Shown here piece after piece: positions 9,482 through 19,332 of a DNA stretch of 64,000 bases. Made by a program: the position numbers and the translations under genes. The notes beneath the pieces are model-generated. The model made no database searches and was not told the DNA's origin. It was given only the letters and a program-made list of their open reading frames with translations. The DNA comes from Vicugna vicugna. Its lineage: Eukaryota. Position 1 is the first letter of the stretch. Every line of letters starts with the position of its first letter. The stretch covers positions 1,378,356-1,442,355 of the forward strand of contig MU057744.1 in assembly GCA_013265495.1 (NCBI GenBank). Reading direction: 5' to 3'.

Positions 9482-12004
9482 TGTGGGTACACTGAGCAAT
9501 GGCCCCCACACACAGCCACGTCCTAACTCCCAGAACCTGTGACTGTACCTTCTGTGACAAAAGCCATGATGAAGTTAAGCCTCTTGAAACGGGGAGATTA
9601 CTGTGGATAATCCAATGGAGCCTAAATGCAACCACAGGTGTCCTTAGAAGGGGGAAGAGAGGGTGGTTTGACAGAGAAGAGGGAGGCAAAGCCACTGCTG
9701 AAGCAGGACGCTACATCACTGTGGGCTTGGAAGACATAAGAGGGCCATGAGCCAAGGAGTGCAGGCAGCTTTTAGAAGCTGCAAAAGCAAGGAAACGGTT
9801 CTCCTCTGGAGCTCCTGAGGGAAGGGCAGGACTGCCGACACCTTGGTTCTGCCCAGTGACACTGACTGCTTTTAACTGAAGTACAGTCAGCTACAATGTG
9901 TCAATGTCTGGCTTACAGCACAGTGTCCCAGCCACGTACATACACACATGTGTTTGTCTTCATACTCTTTTCACCAAAGGTCACCACAAGATATTGAATA
10001 TACTCCTCTGCGCCATACAGAAGAAATTTGTTTTTTATCTATTTTTATATATAGTGATTAACATTTGCAAATCTCAATTTCCCAAGTTTATCCTTTCCCA
10101 CTCCCTTTCCCCTGGTAACTAAGATTGTTTACTATGTCTGTGACTCTGTTTTGTTTTGTAGATGAGTTCATAGTATCCTTTTTTCCTTTTTTCTTTTTAT
10201 TAGATTCCACATATGAGTGATATCATATGGTATTTTTCTTTCTCTTTCTAGCTTATTTCACTTAGAATGATGATCTCCAGGTCCATCCATGTTGCTGCAA
10301 GTGGCGTTTTATTCTTTTTTATAGCTAAGTAGTATTCCATTGTGTAAATATACCGCAATGTCTTTATCCAGTCATCTGTCAGTGGACATTTAGGTTGCTT
10401 CCATGTCTTGGCTATTGTCAATAGTGCTGCTATGAACATTGAGGAGCATGTATCTTTTCAAATTAGAGTTCCCTCCAGATATATGCCCCGGAGTGGGATT
10501 GCCAAATCATATGGTACATCTATTTTTAGGTTGTTTTTGCAGCATCTCCATACTGTATTCTGTAATGACTGCACCAAACTACATTCCCACCAGCAGTGTA
10601 GGAGGGTTCCCTGTTCTCCAGTATTTATCATTTGTGCACTTTTGAATGATGGCCATTCTGACTGGTGTGAGGTGATGCCTCATTGTAGTTTTGATTTGAA
10701 TTTATCTGATAATTAGCAATATTGAGCATTAGTTCATGTGCCTATTTGTCATTTGTATGTCTTCATTGGAGAATTGCTTGTTTAGGTCTTCTGCCCATTT
10801 TTTGGATTAGTTATTTGTTTTTTGTGAGTAAGTTGTATGAGCTATTTATATGTTCTGGAAATTAAGCCTTTGTCAGTCGCATCATTTGCAAATATTTTCT
10901 CCCATTCTGTAGGTTGCCATTTTGTTTTTCTTATGGTTTCCTTTGCTGTACAAAAGCTTATAAGTTTAATTAGGTCCCATTTGTTAATTTTTGCTTTTAT
11001 TTCTATTGTCTGGGTAGGCTGCCCTAGGAGAACATTGCTAAGATTTATGTCAGAGAATGTTTTGCCTATGTTTTCTTCTAGGAGATTTATCTTGTCTTGT
11101 CTTATATTTAAGTCTTTCAGCCATTTTGAGTTTATTTTTGTGTATGGTGTAAGGGAGTGTTCTAGCTTCATTGGTTTACATGCTGCCGTCCAGTTTTCCG
11201 AGCACCATTTGCTGAAGAGACTGTGTTTACTCCATTGTCTGTTGTTGCCTTTTTTGTTGAAGATTAATTGACCATAGGTCTGTGGGTTTATTTCTGGGCT
11301 CTGTATTCCGTTCCATTGATCGATATGCCTGTTTTTGTGCTGGTACCACACTGTTTTGATGACTGTAGCTCTGTGGTCTTATCTGAAGTCTGGGTGGGTT
11401 ATTCCTCCAGCTTTGTTCTTTGTCTTCAGTGTTTCTTTGTCAATAGTGGGTCTTTTGTGGTTCCATATAAATTTTAGGACTATTTGTTCTAGTTCTGTGA
11501 AAAATGTCCAGGTTAATTTGATAGGGATTTCATTAAATCTGTAGATTGCCTTGGGCAGTGTGGCCATTTTAACAATATTGATTCTTGCAGTCCAAGAGCA
11601 GGAATATCTTTTCATTTCTTTAAGTCTTCTTCAGTTTCCTTAATCAACGTTTTGTAGTTCTCCGTGTATTAGTCTTTTACTTCCTTGGTCAGATTCATTC
11701 CTAAAAAATTTGTTGTTTTGGATGTGATTTTAAAAGAGATTGTTTCTTTACTTTCTTTTCCTGTTAATTCATTGTTAGTGTAAAGAAATGCAACTGATTT
11801 CTGGATGTTAATCTTATATCCTGCTACCTCACCAAATTCTTTTATCAATTCTAGCAGTTTTTGGAGCATTTTTAGGGTTTTCTATGTATAGTGGTACTGA
11901 CTTCTGACTTCTGATCCACAGGGAACTCTAAGATAATAAATGTATGTTGTTTAAGCCACCAAGTTCATGGCTATTTGTTATAGCAACAGTGGGAAATGAA
12001 TACA
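9482..12004 (+). mobile_element. MaLR solo LTR (MLT1D-like) split by an L1 insertion; halves 9482-9870 and 11890-12004
   Basis: The 5' half reads 'caatggccccca...cacgtcctaactcccagaacctgtga...ggggagatta'. The 3' half reads 'taagataataaatgtatgttgtttaagccaccaagtt...tttgttatagcaacagtgggaaatgaataca'. Confidence 0.85.
9871..11889 (-). mobile_element. 5'-truncated, relatively young LINE-1 (ORF2 C-terminal region + 3'UTR)
   Basis: Minus-strand ORFs 11669-11869, 11379-11615, 10842-11351 and 10248-10439 translate to L1 ORF2p ([47 protein letters not shown]). Imperfect TSD: agtgacactgactgct (9855-9870) and agtggtactgacttct (11890-11905). Confidence 0.95.
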
Positions 12005-12162
12005 CCATGAATCCATCCATTTTTATAGCTACCAATCTACTTTGACATGCATCTTTTTTATATAACTAATAAGTTACTATATATGTAACTGTACATACGT
12101 ATTATATATATATACATGCTGTATGTATAATATACATATTGTGTGTATCCATGTACATATGT

Positions 12163-12900
12163 TTTATTTTTTATTTTGGTAAAATATACATAACGTGAAA
12201 TTTACCATTTCAATCATGTTTTTAATTGTACAGTTCTGTGGCACTAAGCATGTCAACCTTCCTGTGCAGCCATCGTCACCATCTATCTCCAGAACCTTCT
12301 CATCTTCCCCAAAGGACACTGTGTGCACATTAAACACGGAGTCCTCATTGCCTCCCTCCCTGCTCCCAACCTGCACATTCTAATTTCTGTCTCTATGAAT
12401 CTGACTCCTCTAGGTACCTCATGTATTTGGAATCACATGGTATTTGTCCTTTTGTAACTGGCTTATTTCACTTAGACTGATGTCTTAAAGGTTCATCCAT
12501 GTTGTAGTCTGTGTCAGGATTTCCTTCCTTTTTAAAGCTGAATAATATTCCATTGTATGAATCCATCACATTTGGTTTATCCTTTCTTTCATTGACAGGC
12601 ACTTGGGTTACTTCCACCTTTTGGCTATTTTGAATAATGCTACTGTGAACATGGGTGTACAAATATCTAATCATGCCCCTGCCTTCATTTCCTTCGGGTA
12701 TATAACCAGAAGTGGAGTTGCTGAACCATATGGTAATTCTATGTTTAATCTCTGAGGAACCGCCAGACCATTTTCCACAGCAGCTGCACCATTTTACATT
12801 CCCATCAGCAGCGCACAAGGGCTCCGATTTCTCGTCAACATTTGTTATGTCATTTATTTTTTGATAATAGCCATCCTAACGGGTGTAAGTGGTATCTCCT
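12163..12900 (-). mobile_element. LINE-1 3' fragment (L1MB-like)
   Basis: 'ttttattttggtaaaatatacataacgtgaaatttaccattt...gtacagttctgtggcactaag' and 'ccattttacattcccatcagcagc'. Confidence 0.85.
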
Positions 12901-14971
12901 TTTGATTTATACATGTCTGTTTTTATGTTCCTTTGTTTCCACATTGTTTTATATATCAAAGTCCCTATATAGCAATCTAGTCTGAGTAAGTACTGTAACG
13001 TATATAACCATTCCTCCCTGAGACACTCGGCTCTTCCTGACTTTTCACCTTTGTGGGTTGCCAAAGTGTGAGCATCACTGAACACTGCCCCTTGGTTCAC
13101 ATCTCTGAGAACTTCCCAGAATGAATTACTCGGAGGAGCGTTACGTTGAAGACTATTGCTATGTTGAACCACGTTGCTTTTCAAAAGGATGTTCCGATCA
13201 TCAGACTGCGAGAGTGCTGAGTAACGCCTTTTTTAAACTTGTATTTTCGGGAGCAGAGTCTCTTTAGAATACAGATGAGGATACTGTGAACCTGAACAAC
13301 CATAGTAGCAAAACCCACCTGCCTATATGGGGCAAAAGGCTCATTTTTCAATGTTGGATTATTGGTTTTAAAGACAATTAGACTTGATTTTCCTTTAGAT
13401 GCTCAAGAGAAAACACTCCCACATGCAAAGAAGGTAGTTTGCTGGAAGGAAAAAATACTTTGCAAGCCACTCATAAGATGAGTTCTGGTCTGGCTCAGCC
13501 ACTGAAAAGTCATGTGGCTTTGGCAAGTCATTTAAAATCTGTGGGTTTCAGATGATTCAGTTATGTGTGAGTGGCTTCAGTTCCAGAATTTCTTGTGTGC
13601 CATTTAATTATGGATTGTGAGCTCATGTTTGGTGGAGTTTTATCTGCTGCAACCCTGTAGGCTGAGTTAACGGTGTGTCCCTCCACACATTTCTTTCAGG
13701 CACATTAGAGATATTATAGCCTGAGATGGCTTTTTATGTGACTTTTTCAATGTAGGGATTCCCAGACCACAAAGGAAGTACAAATTTGAAGTGCAGACCC
13801 GGGAGAGAAAAGGCCTATGCGTGGTTACAACTCTCAGAGTAGTATGGGTTTTAAAGACAAGTGGACTCAAACCACAAGACAAGACCAGAAAGCCATCCAG
13901 TCACACCCTTTGCTGATGTGTTGTTCTCAATTCACACTTCCACTGAGGTTGTCTGCCCCTGAGGGGCCTGACCCTAGATTAGAGCTTCTGCTCCAGTTCC
14001 CTTCCGTGGGTCCAAGGTTTTGTTTCCTGTCCTCACAGAGCTATTCTCATGATAGCATCCTGGCTGTCGAGTCCAGTGAAAGTCATCAGGGCCATCTGAT
14101 CTTCTGCTTTTTGGTCCTGTTCCGGCTTAGTCCCTAGGCTTCTCCCTTAGATTCTTACATGTTTAATTATGCATTTTAAAGGATGTTTATTGTATTTTGT
14201 GTATCATTTCTAGGAGGGAGGGGTCTCAGTTATTCAAATCTGCCATATTGCCAAAAGCGGAGGTCAGCCCTCTGAGTTCTATGATTCTATGTGTTAACCA
14301 CTCTTCTCCCATTTAGCTAATTTGGATATTTATCTTATTTTGTCTTCATGAATTGGGTGTTCTGAGTCCATGATGTTCTGGCGCTATCCTGACTCAGTTC
14401 TCTTGGAAGCATCCTAGTGAGAAATTGCGTAAGTGAACTAAAAAAGCTGGAAGCTAAGGACTGTAATTTTGGTACCTATGTGCAGCGGCTGGACCTGGCA
14501 TGAAGAGGTTCTCCCTCAGACATTTCAGACTGTGTCATAATGTGGACCATAAGGTCACTCTTACTGATGAGCTAAATAAGTATGTCTGCTATGTTGTCGT
14601 GGAATCAACTCAAACAGCGAAGTCGAGTCAGTGGCGAGCTAAGGAGCCTCTGGTTCCCTCGATGCCTGGCGCTGGGGGAGATCTGACTGCACTTCGGGCT
14701 GATGTCCTCTTGGGTTTCTTAGACATTGCAGATGGAGGTGCCTCGTGAACATAAAAGGTGATCTGCTAGTGTGACGATGGATTATCAAGCCGTTCATTGG
14801 ACAAATAGAAGGTAAGTGATTGTGTTCCTATCCAGAGCAGGTGGAGTTCACAGTAGCTAAGCTTGCTTTTCCTTTTTCCTTGATTTTCTCAGTTTTAAAA
14901 ACATGTTAAAACTTTCTATGTGGAATATTTCAAGCATATGCATATAATGAACCAGGGTGCTCACTGCCCAG

Positions 14972-15358
14972 TGTTATGGGCTGAGTTGTGTCCCGCCACA
15001 GTTCACAGGTTGAATTCTCAACCCCCAGTAGCTCAGACTGTGGATGTGTTTGGAGAAAGGGTCTTTAAAGTGGTAATTAAGGTAAAGTGAAGTCACACGG
15101 GAGGGCCTAGTGCCGTGACTGGTGTCCCTGTAAGAAGAGGAGATTAGGACAGAGACACACGTGTGCACGGAAGAAGACTCACGTAGGGACACAGTGAGAA
15201 GGTGGCCACCTGCAGGCCAAGGAGAGAGGCCTCAGAAGGAACCACACCTGCCAACACCCTGACCCTGGGCTCTGGCCCCAGAACTGAGAGGAAGTAAATG
15301 TTGTCTAAGCTGCTCAGCCGCCGTGGTTTTGTTACGGCAGCCTGAGCAGACTAGTATG
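14972..15358 (+). mobile_element. MaLR solo LTR (MLT1B-like), full length
   Basis: Starts 'tgttatgggctgagttgtgtccc' and ends 'gcagcctgagcagactagtatg'. Perfect 5-bp TSD cccag at 14967-14971 and 15359-15363. Confidence 0.9.
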
Positions 15359-15412
15359 CCCAGCTTCAATGGCTGTTGAAACCTGGCCGATCTGTCTCCA
15401 TCTACATCCCCA

Positions 15413-15566
15413 CAGGGGAAGGAGGCTGTAGCTCAGGTGGTAGAGCACATGCTTAGCATGCATGAGGTCCTGGATTCAATCCCCAGCACCCCCTCTAAGA
15501 AGAAATACATGAACAAATTTAATTACACCCCCCCTACCTAAATAGATAAATAAATAAAAGGACGTG
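15413..15566 (+). mobile_element. tRNA-derived SINE (camelid Vic-1-like)
   Basis: A-box 'tagctcaggtgg', B-box 'ggattcaatcc', core 'gcttagcatgcatgaggtcctg' and an A-rich tail. Perfect 14-bp TSD catctacatcccca at 15399-15412 and 15567-15580. Confidence 0.9.
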
Positions 15567-16939
15567 CATCTACATCCCCATTGACTCCAGACCTCCGCAT
15601 CGTGTTATTTCCTCTGCAGATTTTCAGTGTGTACCTCTACATGGACCCCCTTCCATTTTTTGTGAAAACGTGACACAGTGCCGTCGACACTAAAATTGAA
15701 CACTACTCTCATGTCCAGTCACTGTTTACTTTCTCCTTCTCCTTGTTGCCTCTTGCTACCTACTTCTTAATGGTGGGTTGTTGAATTGGGACACAAATAA
15801 GGCCCATATCTTGCAACTGACTCTTAAATCTCTGTAAATACATAGATCCTCTCTCCATCTCTTGTTCTGTTCTGGTTTTATTGCAGTTTTCCTTGAAGAA
15901 ACCAAGTTGTTCTTACAGGTTTGCCTTGGTCTGGGTTTGGCCGTGGTCCCCGTGGTGCCGTTGAATGTGTCCTCTGTCCCTCAAGTTTCATGTCAATGAG
16001 CAGAGCTTGAGCAGATCCAGAGCGCGCGTGTTGTTGTCAGGCACAAGTGCTGCATAGGCCGTGCTGAGCACGCCCACCGGCGGCGGCGTGTCTGCAGCCT
16101 CTCGCTCAGGTGGTTTCCGGCCGTTGACCGTCACTGCCCAGGCCCGCTCATTCATTAGGAGCTGCGAGCGGTGATATCCTCATTTTGTCAGTCCTTCCTT
16201 GATTAGCTTGTGTCCCTTTGTAAACAGAAACATGCTCTCTTCGATTATTTGGTTACACTGAAATGCAGGTGATGTAGAAAGAGCAAAAATAAATGCTTGA
16301 TTCTTTCCCCTTATTTATAATACATCAAAATAAGTTTCCGTCCTCCAAAGTCGACCGACCAGTAAGGGTTGTTTGTTTGATATTACGAACTGATCATAGA
16401 CACTAACATACTTGCAGTGTCTTACTCCCCTTCCTCTGTTGCCTCACTTTGATGTTGCAGTTTTTCTACCCCGAGCTGAGCGGTGTCACTCAGGATAGCT
16501 CTCTAACAGAGTCCCTGCTTCTTGGTGTGATGCAGGCTTACCACTTACCTTTCCTGTGCCAGACGTACAAGCAGCCATTTCTCTGAAATTCCTTGTCCCT
16601 TTAATGGGAAATAGTATTTAGAAACCACAGTCGTGGCTCAAAGGGTGCTGATTGCTACACTGAGTTGATACATCGGTTCTTGTTTTATTCAGTGAAATGA
16701 ATGAGGAAATAAGATTTTTAAAAATCTTTTCATTGAAATATAACTTATACACAGAAAAATGCACAAATCTTAAGAGAACAGCTGAAAGAGTTTTTCAAAC
16801 GTATAAACCACTGCAACCATCATTCAAACCAAGACACAGAACATCACCAGCCCCTGAGGAGCCTCCCTGCTGCTCTTCCCAACACCGTCACTCCCCAGCG
16901 GGAACATTCTGAGTTCTGTCACCGTGAATTGTCTCTTCT

Positions 16940-18878
16940 TCTCCACTTTTACTCAAACGTAACTGAGAAACAGCACCGTGTAGGTTTAAGGTGCGCAGCA
17001 TAATGATTTGATTTACACGCACCATGAAGTGATTATCACAGTAAGCTTAGTGAACATCATCATCTCACACAGATACAAAATTAAAGAAATAGAAAACAGC
17101 TTTTTTCTTAGAATGAGAACTTTTAGGACTTACTCTCTTAATAACTTCTGTATATAAAACACAGCAGTGCTAATTATATTTATCATGTTGTATGTTTCTA
17201 GTACTTACTTATCTTATAACTGGAATTCAGCTCCCCTCCCCGCCCCACCTCTGGCAACCGCAAATCTGATCTCTTCTTTGTGTGCTTCTGGAGCGTAACT
17301 GACCTGCAGCACTGTGTTAGTTCCTGTTACACAACAGGGTGACTCAGTACTTCTACACATTTCAAAGGGATCACCACGCGAAGCCTAGTCATGATGTGTC
17401 ACTGCAGAAGGATATCCCATAGTTATGGACAGTATTCCCCACACTGTGCATTTCACAGTCGCGACTCGTTTATTTTGCAGCTGGACGTTTCCACCTCTCG
17501 GTCTCCCTCGCCTACTTCTCCCAGCCCCCTCACCCATCCCCCTGGCAACCACCCATTCGTTTTCTGTATCTGTGACTCTCTCTCTGTTTTGCTGTGTTTC
17601 TCCCTTTGTTTTGTTTTGTTCCGTTTAGCTTCCACATGTAAGTGAAATCATACAGCATTTTTCTTCCTCTGTCTGACTTATTTCTCTTAGTGTAACACCC
17701 TCTAGGTCCATTCACGTTGCTGCCGATGGCAAGATGTCATTCTTTTTTATGGCTAATGCTCTGTTGTATCTATGTACCCTTCTTTATCTGCTCGTCTGTT
17801 GATGGGCACTTAGGCTGCTTCCGTATCTTGGTTACTGTAAGTAATGCTGTAGTGAACATGGGGGTGCGTGTATCTTTTCTGGTTGGTGTTTTTGTTTTCC
17901 TCAGGTAAAAACCAAAGAAAGAAATTAGTGGATCATGTGGTAGTTCTTTTTTAATTTTGGAGGAACTGCCACACTGTTTTCTTTAGTGGCTGCACCACTT
18001 TACATACCTACCAACACTGCACTCGGGTTCCCTTTTCTCATGTCCTCACCGACTCTTGTTACTTCTGTCTTTTTGATAGCAGCCATTCTGTCAAGTGTGA
18101 GCGGATATCTCATTGTGGTTTTGATTCACACTTCCCTGATGATGAGTGGTGTTAAGCACGTTTCCTTGTACCTGCTGGCCATCTGAGTGTCTTCTTTGGA
18201 AAATGCCTATTCAGGTCCTTTACCCATTTTTTAATTGGGTTGTTTGTGTTTTTGATGTTGAGCTGTATGAACGCTTTGTCTGTTTTGGATGTTAACCCCT
18301 TGTTAGATGTTTCATTTGCAAATAGCTTCTCCCTTTTAGTAGGTGGCCTTTTCGTCTTGTTGACAGCTTTCTTTGCTGCACAAGAGCTGTAGTTTGATGT
18401 AGTCCCACTTGTTCACTTTTGCTTTTGTTTCCCTTGCCTGAGGAGACAGATGCAAAAAAATATTACTACGACTGATGTCGAAGAGCACACTGCCTATGTT
18501 TTCTTCTAGAAGTGTTATGGTCTCAGATCTTACATTTAAGTCTTTAATTCATTTTGAATTTATGGTTGTGCACGGTATGAGAGCGTAGTCCAGTGCCATT
18601 CTTTTGCATGCAGCTGCCCAGTTTTCCCAGCGCCATTTATTGAAGAGGCTGTCTTTTTCCCATTGTATATTCTTGCCTCCTTTGTCATAGACTAATTGAC
18701 CTTATGAGTGTGGCTTCATTTCTGGGCTGTTTGGTTCCATTGATCTATGTGTCTGTTTTTGTGCCAGTGCCGTACTGTGCTAATGACAGTAGCTTTGCAG
18801 TAGAGTCTGAAGTCAGAGAACATGGTACCTCCTGTGTTGTTCTTTCTGAAGATCATTTTGGCTGTTTGGGGTCTTTTA
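16940..18878 (-). mobile_element. LINE-1 (ORF2 end + 3'UTR, L1MA9/laurasiatherian-like)
   Basis: Continuous L1 antisense sequence, including 'tctcattgtggttttgatt', 'ccagttttcccagcgccatttattgaagagg' and 'ttccattgatctatgtgtctgtttttgtgccagt'. Confidence 0.9.
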
Positions 18879-19332
18879 AAGGAAATCCTCCCATTTGCAG
18901 CAATGCAGACAAAACTGAGGGCAGTATGCTAAGTGAAATAAGCCAGACAGCGAAAGACAGATACTGCATGGTATCACTTATTAGTGAAATCTAAAAAAAA
19001 AAATAAATAAATAGATCAAACCTACAGAAACAGAGTAGAATGGTGGTTGCCAGGGAAAAACGGGCAAAAGGGGCACAGGCGCTCAGTTATGAGACGAATA
19101 AGGTCTGAGGATCTGGTGCACAGCACGGTGACTGTCACTGTAATACTGTGCTGTAAACTGGAATTTGCAGAGAGCGGACCTTGCGTCCTCACACACACAG
19201 GGTACCTTGTGCGGGTGCGTTAACGAGCGTGATCGTGGGCGTCCTTTCACAAGGCACATGTACCTCAGAGTGTCTCATGTACACTTTATACATCACAACC
19301 TAACTTATCACTTCCACCTCAGCAGAGCTGAA
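18879..19332 (+). mobile_element. LINE-1 3'UTR fragment in the opposite orientation
   Basis: 'aaggaaatcctcccatttgc...atgctaagtgaaataagccagacag...gaaacagagtagaatggtggttgccaggg'. Confidence 0.85.

Larger units (their letters stand above)
14890..16935 (-). mobile_element. Ancient L1 (L1MC/L1ME-like) remnants hosting younger insertions
   Basis: Degenerate L1M 3' motifs such as 'ggaatatttcaagcatatg', 'cagccatttctctgaaattccttgtccctttaatgggaaatagtatttagaaaccac' and 'ttgaaatataacttatacacagaaaaatgcacaaatcttaag'. Confidence 0.65.

Noticed and set aside
15420..15490. tRNA gene (tRNA-Ala-like A and B boxes)
   Set aside because: It has an A-rich tail and a 14-bp TSD, so it is a SINE rather than a functional tRNA.
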